From an uncultured delta proteobacterium (GTDB lineage Bacteria > Desulfobacterota > RBG-13-43-22): DNA of 64,000 nucleotides. This document shows, one piece after another, positions 21,044 to 31,764 of the stretch. The stretch is taken from the NCBI GenBank assembly GCA_963843145.1, contig CAWJJC010000023.1, forward strand, positions 82,700 to 146,699, read 5' to 3'. The notes under the pieces were generated by a model that did no database searches, was not told where the DNA came from, and was given only the letters and a program-made list of their open reading frames with translations. The first letter of the stretch is position 1. Every line of letters begins with the position of its first letter. Both the position numbers and the translations under genes were made by a program.

Positions 21044-22210
21044 CTATTTTCCTTCCTTGACAATTTTCCCCAGGATCTTCCCTCGATTTATCTTGTCCAC
21101 CAGGGTGGGCTTCCTTAAATGCGACCTGACCAAATCCAGCACCCGGGAATTAAATAGATCCTTCCGGTTTTGAAATTCAGCGAGGTCTTTCAAATCCCGC
21201 AAGAGGGAGACCGCCTCATCATATCGTTTCGGTTGTTTGGTGGCAATGAGTTCTTCCACCTTGTTCCAAAGAATGCCTTCCTTGTTGACTAGAGACTCGA
21301 GATACTTTTTTCGTTTTTCAGCCTCTTCTTTTTTGCGCCTGGCCAAATCACGGGCCTTCTTTTCGGCCTCAATCCTTTTCCTTTCCGCAGCCAGAATTTC
21401 GGCCCGGGCCCTGATCTGACCGGCAGTCCTTCGGGGTCCTTTGACCGGCTTTATATCTCCGCGCAGTTTCCGCCTGGCTTGTTGTCGAAGTTCCACCAGG
21501 CAATGCGGGTTGTCCCCTTCGACCAGTCGCAAGAGAAGCATGTCTTTTTCTTGACTCGGTAGACTTAGAACCCACTTTCCGAATTCTTCCTGCGATAAGC
21601 CGATAGCCTGCTCGCCGGGACTGGTTTCCGCTGCCGCCGCAATGAGGTCCCTGGAGAGACGCAGGAAATCGGCGAGTCGATCCAGGGAAGCGTTAAGGGT
21701 TTTTAGACCACCTGGAACAGGTGGCTCCAACTCGTCATCCTCAATCGCCTCCGATTGCACATCGCCCAGCCAGCCAAGGTATAAGGCTCGATAATCTCCG
21801 GACATTAAATCGGCCCGTAGCGGCAAAAGAGATGCCAGCCAGCCATCCCCCTCGGCCCACTCACCTTCCTCATCCTCGGACTGAAAAGTCAGAAGGATTT
21901 TATCCCCTTTCGAATAACAGGACAGAGTTTCACCCTCAGAGTAGGGCTCTATGGTCTCTGGATCGAACAGTTTTATGGGTAGTCCCAACATAAGATGGTG
22001 AGACCCCCAATTGGCGAGGTAAAGAAAAGCATCAAAATATTGCTCCAGCCACTTTTCCGGATTACCCTTGAAGTCGCCAAAACTGTAATCCACAATGAAG
22101 CTGCTCGCCGTGATCTGGGCGCGGGAAGAGTAGGCCCTCAGATCGGATATCTGCTCCGGCGTCAGCGGCCAATCCACGGCTTGAAATTCGTAGTACTGAT
22201 ACTCGCTCAT
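21044..22210 (-). CDS. Conserved hypothetical protein with C-terminal coiled coil (MSEYQYYEF-type)
   Basis: Intact 388-aa ORF with recognisable N-terminus (SEYQYYEF..D.PLT, YFDAFLYLANWG). Function unknown. Confidence 0.7.
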   Translation of the reverse strand: MSEYQYYEFQAVDWPLTPEQISDLRAYSSRAQITASSFIVDYSFGDFKGNPEKWLEQYFDAFLYLANWGSHHLMLGLPIKLFDPETIEPYSEGETLSCYSKGDKILLTFQSEDEEGEWAEGDGWLASLLPLRADLMSGDYRALYLGWLGDVQSEAIEDDELEPPVPGGLKTLNASLDRLADFLRLSRDLIAAAAETSPGEQAIGLSQEEFGKWVLSLPSQEKDMLLLRLVEGDNPHCLVELRQQARRKLRGDIKPVKGPRRTAGQIRARAEILAAERKRIEAEKKARDLARRKKEEAEKRKKYLESLVNKEGILWNKVEELIATKQPKRYDEAVSLLRDLKDLAEFQNRKDLFNSRVLDLVRSHLRKPTLVDKINRGKILGKIVKEGK

Positions 22211-22250
22211 GATCCGGTTTCCTCAAGGTCTTCGCCGTCAAGAGGAGAGG

Positions 22251-23288
22251 TCATGAATTAACCCATCCTTCCGCCTGAAGTCGATCCCAAGCTATCCGAA
22301 TGTGATCGGGTTTAAAGATCCGACGCTTTCTATCGTTCCAAGCGGCCATGGCTGAAACGGCGGAATCGGAATCGACGGCTTCGCCGTCGTGGACCGACAG
22401 CCAGTGCACCGAGGCGAGCAGTTCCAGGCCGTAAGGAGTCTCAAACCCATCTACCAGGTCGGCCACTTTTTCAAGTTTTTCATTAGCTTCATGGTGGCTC
22501 TGGAGGAATCCATCGGCTTTTTCCCCGGATTTAGGCAACAACTCAATCTCGACATCCGGTTTCTGGGTGTCGCCATATCCCCTGATATAATGTCCTTCGA
22601 GCACTTCCAGAACTTTGTTTAGATTATGCGCGTACGGCCCGTAAAAATGCTTCACATAACGCAGCCGCAAATCCAGTCCCGATTCTTGGAGGAAGTAGGC
22701 CAGTTTCTGAATTTCCAGCAGGGTCAACCGGTAGGCATATCGGGCATATTGCTGCATAAGCTTTATAAACAATGCCCGGGCGATGGTCATACGTGGTTTC
22801 GCTGTTCCTACCGGCATCTGTTCAGCCTTCGGCGCGCCCTTGGGTTCATAAAGTCTCACCTTAACTTCCGGCAGGGAAGAGAAGGCTTGTTCGATCATGG
22901 ACCGAACTCGCTTCCAGTCCAGACCACCCAGGCCGCATCCCAAAGGTGGGATGGCGATAGACCTGATATTCCGTTCCTTCACTTCTTTCACCAGGTCCTC
23001 TAATCCGGCCACAATATCTTCGTAACGACTGCGCCCCTTCCAGTGGCGCTTTGTGGGGAAATTAACGATAAAACGTGGGTTAAACATTTGCCCGATTTCA
23101 AAAATAAACATGTGTCCGATTTTAACATCTTCGTGCCGGCAGGCTGTTTCATAGGCCTTGAAATTTTCAGGGAAGGCCTTCTTGAATTGCAGGGCAATGC
23201 CCTTCCCCATAACGCCGACGCAGTTGACGGTATTAACCAGAGCCTCCGCATCGGCGGTCAAAATATTCCCCAGAGTTAATTCGATCAT
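22251..23288 (-). CDS. darG: DarG antitoxin (macrodomain DNA ADP-ribosylglycohydrolase plus C-terminal domain)
   Basis: NTVNCVGVMGKGIA, NFPTK, PPLGCGLGGL, IQKLAYF, YGPYA and GFETPYGLELLASVHW motifs. Confidence 0.93.
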   Translation of the reverse strand: MIELTLGNILTADAEALVNTVNCVGVMGKGIALQFKKAFPENFKAYETACRHEDVKIGHMFIFEIGQMFNPRFIVNFPTKRHWKGRSRYEDIVAGLEDLVKEVKERNIRSIAIPPLGCGLGGLDWKRVRSMIEQAFSSLPEVKVRLYEPKGAPKAEQMPVGTAKPRMTIARALFIKLMQQYARYAYRLTLLEIQKLAYFLQESGLDLRLRYVKHFYGPYAHNLNKVLEVLEGHYIRGYGDTQKPDVEIELLPKSGEKADGFLQSHHEANEKLEKVADLVDGFETPYGLELLASVHWLSVHDGEAVDSDSAVSAMAAWNDRKRRIFKPDHIRIAWDRLQAEGWVNS

Positions 23289-23300
23289 TTCCGCCTCTCC

Positions 23301-23944
23301 TTATGAATAATACCATTGCCGGCAAATATCCACTGGTGTTTGTATTCCATATTTCGCAAGAATGCTTTCCACCTGCACCTTGATGCCACCGTTTATCACC
23401 CCGATGCGGGCGATAACCTCCCAGGGGCAGAATCGATAAACAAGAAATTCAGCCTGCTTTCGTCGCTGGCGGTCCATGTCCGCAATGGTATCTGCCCAAT
23501 AACTCCGCATAAACCACGTCCCAATCAATTTGGTTAAAATTCGTAACATTATCAAACCATTGGGTAAAGGCGGCAATTCCATGTCCGTCCGAGAACACGA
23601 AATCCAATTGGGCCTGGTTAATCGCCTCCACTGTAGATACCAAGTAGATCAGCGGTTCTTGGCCCTCTACGTAACCTTCAACCTGCCCCGTCTTTAATCT
23701 CAACAGCATTGGCGAACGTGGACCAAAATAAAAGGCCACATAATCGTGAACCGTCCCAGCCGACTCCGCAGCGGATGGGGCGGGCCCGTCTTACTTGCTG
23801 GATCCCGATATCGTGAATCGTTCGATAAACCCGCCCATCGTTTGGCGTATGGTTGGGCGCATGCATCCCGCCTCGCTCCAGACAAACCGATAGGTTGTCC
23901 AGGTGCATCAAACGATAGATAGGGGTTGGGCGGGGCACGGTCAT
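23301..23944 (-). CDS. darT: DarT ssDNA ADP-ribosyltransferase toxin (DUF4433), split by two +1 frameshifts
   Basis: IYRLMHLDNL; HDYVAFYFGPRSPML...FSDGHG; RRKQAEFLV...WYY, spread over three frames directly upstream of darG. Confidence 0.88.
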
Positions 23945-23963
23945 CAGGGGGTAACCTTTAGAA

Positions 23964-26900
23964 TTACTTTTCGTTAATATTCTCAGAGGCCCTAATTATT
24001 TCCTGAAGATCCACAAGATGCTTTTCTTTGAACTTAATTTCGCATCTTTGCCCGCACATCATTATCGCCAAAATGGGTTCAACATCGCCACCTTCCAAAC
24101 CTGTCTTGTATCTCTCTATTTGGAACAAGATATCTTTTGCCTCTATTGCACCATGTTGCCATTTTGCAAAATGGTCCGCACAAAGACATAGGGCATTGCC
24201 GGAGGTATCAAAAGCCCGTGCAACTTTTCGGGGAACAATATAGTTTGCCACAAAAAATGGGTGGCCATCTCTCTCAGGGAATGTCGTGCCGCATATCTGA
24301 CAGTTTCCACCATACATCTCTGTCAAATATTCCCTAACCTGATCGTCCGGTCCTTCGAGTAACATGCGAATAGTTATTTTGCGCCTCTCATTAGCATTTG
24401 GTTCATGTTGGAGATGTTTAAAATGGCCATCATAGCTTTTATCACGCCGTCTAACAGGGTTTTTCACAGTACCGTCATCTATATTTTGGTCGTTTAACTC
24501 CGTTCTCCCTAACCTATTAAAACTCTGAACCAATTCGTTTTTAAAATCTGTTTCTCCAGGAGCAGTTTCATCTGTTTTTTTTCTCTCTTCTAACACACCT
24601 GGTTGTATTCTTTTTCTAAATTCTGCAAGTAATTCCGGGTGCCTCTCAAGTTCTCTTGCCACTTCAATTATTTCCTGTGATATTCCTGCCTCTTCCGCGA
24701 GCTTGGCTACTAGCGCCTTCTTCATGCCTAATTGATTAGCAAGTTTTTCATCCCGAATATATGATTCCGGAAGATCATCAAGGCTGATATCCTCCGGCTT
24801 GTAAAAATTTCCATCCCGCTTTGGCAACCATGCAGTTTCTATTAATAATCGGCCAAAATCACTAGAAATGCGTTCGTTCTTTTTGCTATTTTCATACGTT
24901 TGCCTTGAGGAAGTCTCAACAATTCCGCGAATGCATAATAAGTTTGGACTGGCGATTGCATTCCATATAAAAGAACTCTTTTCTATATTTGGATTAGCAA
25001 TAGCATGTTCTAGTCCGTCTACTCGAATTTCCAGATCAAACCCGCTTAATCCTCGTACGTGGAACCCGTGGTCATTTCTTATAGATACATAACCTAAATT
25101 ATTTGGTTCTTTTTTCTGAATGCGAATGTTGCCTTTTACTCCTAAATCGCTGAAAAGGTTCAATGCGGCTTCTGTATAATCTGCACATACAAAACCAATT
25201 CTAAGATTTCCAGAAAAGTACGTTTCTACTCCCTTGTTTTTAAAATAGACCTCGTTTGGTTTTCTGTAGTTTGTCGCCCCTATACCAGGTGAAACGGAAA
25301 GGATAAAAGATGTTTCTTGCAATTTCTGCCGCAATCTCCGCTTCTTTTCCTCGGAGTCTGTTTCATAGGCATGCACAATCTTTTCTATGTCTCGCCGATG
25401 TTCATCGATAGGTACTGAAGATATATATTTGGGAAGTATTTGCTCCATAACCTCTGCCACAATATCTAACTCCGGAATACCTAATTCTTTTAGGAATTGA
25501 TGGGCATCTTCTTGCCGAGCTATTTCAAATTTTACTAATGGAAGGGAATTCTGAGTATCTAGTTCATTAGCCAAATAGGCGTTTGGCGAGTCGTCTTCCT
25601 GGAATGGCCTAACATGAGAACCATCTTGCAGACGAATGAACTTCTTTGACCGAAGTGGACCAGCCGGGCTCCAGTAGCTAGTCGTTGGTTTCCATAGAGC
25701 ATTTAGATTACCCACATATTTGTAAAATATTATCATCCATTCATCAGATTGCATTTCAAGGAAATTTGACGTTAATTTTCGGACAAATCCCTCAGGAGTT
25801 ATTTCTTCCACTCCACATTCTTTTGTGAGATATTTATACAAGTTGGGGGTCTTACCTTCTGTAATTTCCCCGGATAGCCACCTGTGATCACCTTCGGATA
25901 GGATCAGATTCCTTAGTTGATCGACAGAAAGAAGCTTTCTTAGTTCAGAACCGCGTGCAAGTAGTCCGTTTCTTGCCGAGATAAAATATTTTTCGTCATC
26001 ACATGGTAATAACTCATGGTCCCTGAAAGCTTCCCAGACAGCCTGGTTTATAGGATAGAATAAGTCGTATTCGTTGATGTCTTTAATACTTTTCGCTAAA
26101 GTTTCGAGAAATTCGTTTTTTAATAAGCCCAATTCCTTTATACGGGAAAGTCCTCCTACAACTAGTTTTGCTACGCATTGCATTAGCCATCGGTTCCAAG
26201 AAGTACCTCTTTTAAAGTCCTCACGTGAACTCGTTAAAATAAAATCTGCATTTATTATGAATGGAAAACCTGTATCTGATCTTACGGGCAAATAGGCAAA
26301 TATCTTCCCCCCGCCTTCTTTGTCTTCATTAAGAGGAAATACGATAGACACATCACGTTCCTTAATGTCTATTCTCTTTTCATGATGGATATCTTCCGGC
26401 TTTTCAAAACTTTCATTGAATAATATGAATTCTCTATTATTAGAAAAAGATATTCCCTGTTGTTCTCCCTTGACTAAAATCTGAACTAATGGCGACTTAG
26501 AATCATCTTTTCGAATACTCAGGCTATTACCACTATCTGAAATAATGCGTATTTCTTTTATCTTCGACAAGAATAAAATAGTCTCTGGTTCAATGTCCCT
26601 TAGCATCTCCTCGATTTTAGAATAACTAAAATCTGCTTTATCCAATGGCAATATAATTGTGGTTTGAGTTGGATCGATCTTTCCTATAGGGAGATCAATC
26701 CACCGTGGCACGATGTAACCAAGTCCAGTTTCTCCATCATGCTCTGGCAAACTAAATTGGTATCCACCTGAAATCACATATGGATTTGAAGTAATTCGAA
26801 AAACTGATTTAAACCCTATCCCCTTCTCTCCTATATACCCCTGGATCTTACTTTTTGTTGTCTTCCCGACCGCGCAAAGAGCATCTACATTTTTTGAGGA

Positions 26901-27176
26901 AAAGCCGATTTCGTTATTCTGAATAATTAGTGTCCCGTCTGATCCATTTGATTTGGTAACTGCGGTTTTCATTAGCCAAAAGGAAATAAAAGGGCCAACA
27001 TTCCCATAGGAATTGTCTTCTGCATTCTGGATTAGCTCGAAGATGAAATGTGTGTCCTTACTATAGAGGTCTTCCGCAAGGGCTTTAATTGAATTATTCA
27101 GGCTATCCTTAATGCGTTGGCTTGCTTGAAAATCATTTCGAATTTTTCTGATATGTTCCTGCTGATCATGACTCAT
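23964..27176 (-). CDS. Sacsin/NOV-like GHKL ATPase protein with C-terminal HNH-like domain
   Basis: ELIQNAED, NNEIGFS, IGEKGIGFKSVF and FIINADF..SSRE. C-terminal CQICG...NALCLCADH. ATG lies 1 nt after the helicase stop. Visibly AT-rich. Confidence 0.82.
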   Translation of the reverse strand: MSHDQQEHIRKIRNDFQASQRIKDSLNNSIKALAEDLYSKDTHFIFELIQNAEDNSYGNVGPFISFWLMKTAVTKSNGSDGTLIIQNNEIGFSSKNVDALCAVGKTTKSKIQGYIGEKGIGFKSVFRITSNPYVISGGYQFSLPEHDGETGLGYIVPRWIDLPIGKIDPTQTTIILPLDKADFSYSKIEEMLRDIEPETILFLSKIKEIRIISDSGNSLSIRKDDSKSPLVQILVKGEQQGISFSNNREFILFNESFEKPEDIHHEKRIDIKERDVSIVFPLNEDKEGGGKIFAYLPVRSDTGFPFIINADFILTSSREDFKRGTSWNRWLMQCVAKLVVGGLSRIKELGLLKNEFLETLAKSIKDINEYDLFYPINQAVWEAFRDHELLPCDDEKYFISARNGLLARGSELRKLLSVDQLRNLILSEGDHRWLSGEITEGKTPNLYKYLTKECGVEEITPEGFVRKLTSNFLEMQSDEWMIIFYKYVGNLNALWKPTTSYWSPAGPLRSKKFIRLQDGSHVRPFQEDDSPNAYLANELDTQNSLPLVKFEIARQEDAHQFLKELGIPELDIVAEVMEQILPKYISSVPIDEHRRDIEKIVHAYETDSEEKKRRLRQKLQETSFILSVSPGIGATNYRKPNEVYFKNKGVETYFSGNLRIGFVCADYTEAALNLFSDLGVKGNIRIQKKEPNNLGYVSIRNDHGFHVRGLSGFDLEIRVDGLEHAIANPNIEKSSFIWNAIASPNLLCIRGIVETSSRQTYENSKKNERISSDFGRLLIETAWLPKRDGNFYKPEDISLDDLPESYIRDEKLANQLGMKKALVAKLAEEAGISQEIIEVARELERHPELLAEFRKRIQPGVLEERKKTDETAPGETDFKNELVQSFNRLGRTELNDQNIDDGTVKNPVRRRDKSYDGHFKHLQHEPNANERRKITIRMLLEGPDDQVREYLTEMYGGNCQICGTTFPERDGHPFFVANYIVPRKVARAFDTSGNALCLCADHFAKWQHGAIEAKDILFQIERYKTGLEGGDVEPILAIMMCGQRCEIKFKEKHLVDLQEIIRASENINEK

Positions 27177-27177
27177 C

Positions 27178-30100
27178 TTAGACACCCTGTTCCACAATTA
27201 AGACCCCATGAGCAACTGGATCAGAAATAAGTTCTGCTCTCTCCATAGCAATATCCAACTCCTGGATACGTCGAGCGTAATCGGCCTCCGCCGCTGTAAT
27301 TTGAGACTGGCGCATCCTTTGGATTTTCTCATCGTTGGCTTGCTTAAGCTGTTCTTCAAGAAGCGAGATCCGCGCACGATGGCTCGTTGCCAGGCTTTCC
27401 CTTCGGTACGCGGCTAATTCCTGAGTTCGCCTTTGATGTTTGGCACGGGCTTCGGACCACAAAATATAATGTTGAGTATCCAAATCATCCCATTTAGAGG
27501 AGCAATCCTCCCCGGGTTTATCCATCGGGGCCTCTTTTGCTTTTTCAAGCAGGCCTGGAAAGGTGTGCTGTAATCATTTGCGAAGAGGCAATCGGCTGTA
27601 GTATCAAGTCCTCCTTAATGCCGTGGAATCGCCATTGATAGATCGCAAATTCGTATCTACCTTCCGGGACATCATTGCTCTTTGCCTTCAAGGCGGTGAC
27701 GATTCGTTCCCTGGTATCAAGCGACATGGCTGCCTGTTTCACCAGGGGATGGGTGGGCATAATGAAAAACAGCCTCCGGATACTGAATAGCGCACTCGGA
27801 CTCGAAGGTAACGGACAGATGGGGATTCCCGCCCTTTGAGCCAGTTCTCCCATTCCCGAAAAGCTGAAATGTTTTGTCTGGGGAGTTGTTGGAAGTCACG
27901 CAAGAGACTGCTTCGGGCCTCTTGCGAAAGACGCAGTGTTTTCAAAGGCTTTTCGCCGAGAATGAATTCCTGCTCTTTTCCGCAGGTTTGCTGAAGATAA
28001 AAAGTGACCAGCCTGTGTATCGACGCCGGCAGACAACCAGAAGCTTGACGCCTCTTCGATCTCCTTCTTCATCTGGTCCTCGGGGAGGCGGATCCCGAAG
28101 AGTTCCAATTGCCTCTGTTCGAGTTCTTCTTGCTCCTGGATCAAGCGAATCTTGTTATCTGCCAATTGCTGGAGCTTTGAACTGCGCTCGGCATCACTAA
28201 GAAAAAAATTCTCTGCGATGTTGCGGATTTCCTTGGTGATTTCCCCAAGTATTTCTTCGCTGCCGCCCAAGGCATGGTTAAACACCCCTATCCGGACCAG
28301 ACAGCGTTCATAGATATCCGCATCGACCGTCCCCGGCGTAATCAGATTGAAAATGGCGACGCTCTCGCTCTTCTGGCCCTTTCGATCCAGACGGCCGATC
28401 CTTTGCTCCACCCGCATCGGATTCCAAGGGAGATCATAGTTCACCAGGCAATCACAGAACTGGTAATCCAATCCTTCACAGCCAATTTCTGAAAACAGCA
28501 GAACGTCAAGACACTCGTCAAGGTCTCGCCGCTTCGCAAAACGGTCACGAAATTCTAAACGCGTCTTCATCCGGTGTTCCACCATGGATCAGCCCAACCC
28601 GGAAACCGTCCGCCTGGAGATGGTCATAAAGGTAGTGAAGGGTATGCCGAAAGCTGCTGAAAAGCATCACCTTATTGTTCGGCAGGCTTTGCTTGTCCCG
28701 GATGATCTGGCGGAGGGCTTCAAGCTTGGGGTCATCCGGGTCGAGGTTCCGCGCTTTCTCCAGGATGGTTTGAATGCGTGATTCTAAAAGGCCAATAGCG
28801 TCGCCTTGTGGGAGCCGATTCCGTGTTGTCAGCTTCATCCCAAGACTAATTCATCCAGATGCCGGTTGAGGATGTCCCCCAGGAAAGGGGCTAGACCGAA
28901 AAGGCAACTGGCCGCCTGACGGCGGATCGTGGTCATCATGAACTTGACATTGACATCCCCGTGAAGCTTGCCGAATATCTCCGCCTGAATCTGGAGTAGA
29001 TCGTCATGCAATTGTTTCTGGGCCGGGGTGAATTCAACAGCAACGGTTTCAGGCCTTCGTATGGTGAAGTCGCCGATATCGCGCCGGCGTGTCCGGTTGA
29101 TTATCCCTGAAAAGGTATGCAGGGCTTCGAGGTCGGTTATAAGCTGCACCCGCTCCTCTAAGGCGATTTTTCCTTCCGAGAGCCGATTTCGTATCCGATT
29201 GAATTCAGGATTATATCTGAGAATGGCCTGGCCCCAGGAGGTAGCCGCAGCTTCATCCAGTGCGGCAGTGGCCCCAACAGTCCAATCCGGCTCCTGAGCC
29301 CGAGCCAGGTTAACCGCCTGGTTAATAAACGGATTCGGTTCGGCCATATGCTCATAGCTTTCCTGGTCGATAATCAGATCCGGACGCAGGGTGTTCAACA
29401 AAACAAAAAGATCATGGCTGCCGAGCTGGATGGGTGTTCCCGATAAAAATAACACCGCCTCGGCGTGGTCACAGAAGAACCTCACGGCCTTATGGCTGAA
29501 GGTGTCTTGATTCCGGATGTGGTGGGCCTCATCCACGATGACCAGATCAAAGCGTGGAGGTGGATCCAGATCCAGGAGCCCTTTTTTTCGCTTTCTTTTC
29601 CGGTCAGGCCCCGAACCATAAAGGAGTGCCTCGTCGAACAACGAATAGGGAACAATCACTCTCTGGTGCTGCTCAGGCCAGACCCCATCCAGATCCATCT
29701 CGTTGATGCAATATCGTAAGGTACTGCCGTCGAGATGAGTGAAGCGCTCCTCAAATCGTTTCATCTCATTCTGCCATTTGCGCTCGATAACCAGCGGTCG
29801 CGGGCAGATAATCAGAATAGAACGGAGGTCGCGCCGGGCCTGCAGCTCCCGAAGAATTAACCCCGCTTCAATGGTCTTGCCCACACCTACACCGTCGGCA
29901 ATCAGTAATCTTGGACGGTCCGCCCTGATAAATCGAAGCACCGGCCTGAACTGATAAGGGATGAAATCAACTCGAGCGGCATTTAGAGAATAAAGTGTGG
30001 ATAGTCCCGGATATCGAATCTGTAACGCGGTGAGGTAGGCGTGGAACTGATCACAGGGCAAGAAATGAAATTCCTCTCCCCCCAGTTCTTCAGCCTTAAG

Positions 30101-30784
30101 TTGGGACCCATAGTACGTCTGCGTCTCGTTTTCGATGAATACCTTATAGCGGTTTTCCGGCTTTCCGGGCACCATAGCAACCACCGCGCCCCGGAGAGCA
30201 GGATTTGATTTCAGGGATACAATCTGCCCCGGTTCAAACTCAAACCCTTGATTTATCTTATCCTGAGATAGTTGTTGCTCAATGGTTTCTCCCTGGGGAG
30301 AGAAAGGCATTTCCATGGCCAACAGGGAGGTCTTGGTAGCCCGCACTTTTTGGATTAAACTTTCATCCGCCTCAATGACCGTAGCAAAACGTTGCAGGGT
30401 GTCCAAGTCGCGGTAGACGTCATCAACCGGGAACCCTTCTGTTCCAGCATGCGCCCATCGGTTACGAACGGTCTGCATTTCCTTGACAAAATGGCGAGCT
30501 TCGGGGGTCAGGTCAAACTTTGATGATATCTGGTACCAGTTTTGGTCGAAGACTCGAAGCAGGGCGGCTAGGTCCAAAGCTGTCAGTGACCCTATTTTTT
30601 GTTGTTCTATTCGGCGTTGTTGCTGGATCGATAGGTTATTGACAACGAGTTGTTTCCACCAGCCCTCATGAAGGGAGGGAAGAACTTTCTCCAGAAACAA
30701 GGCAAGCTGCCCGGCGACCTCTTTCAAAAGAGTGGTCATGGAGCCTTCGAGGTGGTTGGATTCAAATGACATGATCTGGCCCAT
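27178..30784 (-). CDS. SNF2/RapA-DrmD-like helicase with N-terminal Swt1-like HEPN domain; 3' half broken by several frameshifts
   Basis: DLAALLRV...RNRWAH (HEPN RxxxxH), [29 protein letters not shown] and [19 protein letters not shown] across ORFs 28835..30784, 28545..28838, 27896..28585 and smaller pieces down to 27178. Confidence 0.85.
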
Positions 30785-31020
30785 GCGGAATATATTTCTT
30801 TCCCGGCTACCTTTTTACAGGTAATCGTTCTATAGCTCGGCTTACCAGAAACATTGATTTCTTAGGAATCGTGCCTCCAATCGGAACGTTCCTAATTCAG
30901 CGTTACTATGGAGAAAGAAGGGCTTACTGAATAAGATTGCCCACATTATTATGAAATTCGGCAACTTTGTCTATCGGTTTTATCCGTTTTTCAGCAATAG
31001 AACCCATAAACGGATCCTCC

Positions 31021-31764
31021 TCAGGCACTGATCACCTCATAATAGTGATTGGGAACCATCCCGGCAAACAGCACCGCTCCCGGGCAGGGGACGACATATT
31101 TTTTTTTGAACGATGATCCGATGATATTATAGAATTCCAGGCAGGCCGAGCAGACCGTTCGGGTTTTGCCCAGGGAATAGGGCACGGAGTGGCCGTCCTC
31201 CGGGACCTGATAGGCCGGTTCGATGAAGTTGGCGTGATTGGCGCAGTGGCCGATGAACAATTCTTCGAAGGTCAGGCCCTGAAGACCCATGACCTTCATC
31301 CATCTCCGCTGTTCTTCCCGCGCGTCGGCCCCGATAGTCTCCCATTCCTCCGGCCGGGAATACTGGTAGCTTTCCCGTTGGATCAAGGCCCGTTGTTTTT
31401 CTCCATCCGGCAATCGGGGTGGATGGAAGGAAGAGTTTCGGATAAGGACCGAGGGCGCCGGGGCGACGTCCGGCAGGAGAACGGAACTGACCACCAGGGT
31501 CTGGCCCCGTCGGGGGGAATGGCGGTACCAGGAAAACTGCCTTCGGCACAAATCATAGTTGTCCCAGACCTCCGGGGCCACCAGGCCGATTTCAATCCGG
31601 CGCGACAGGGGCAGGCAGACCGCCTTTTTGACCTCGGTGACCGCCAGGTCGCTTCGGCCCAGAGACTGTCTCAGACCTTCGACCTCCGGCCCGGGGATCC
31701 AATAGACATATTTGCAAAAAGGTTTGATGGTTCCGTCCTTCCCCGATCGGGCAAAACCTCCCAA
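31021..31764 (-). CDS. Hypothetical protein with Cys-rich C-terminus
   Basis: 247-aa ORF with HCANH, CSAC and VPCPG motifs. Start uncertain. Confidence 0.6.
   Translation of the reverse strand: MGGFARSGKDGTIKPFCKYVYWIPGPEVEGLRQSLGRSDLAVTEVKKAVCLPLSRRIEIGLVAPEVWDNYDLCRRQFSWYRHSPRRGQTLVVSSVLLPDVAPAPSVLIRNSSFHPPRLPDGEKQRALIQRESYQYSRPEEWETIGADAREEQRRWMKVMGLQGLTFEELFIGHCANHANFIEPAYQVPEDGHSVPYSLGKTRTVCSACLEFYNIIGSSFKKKYVVPCPGAVLFAGMVPNHYYEVISA

Noticed and set aside
21044-30784. DISARM, BREX or Zorya assignment
   Set aside because: There is no methyltransferase, DrmA/B/C, PglZ or ZorA/B partner. Only the SNF2 fold is shared.
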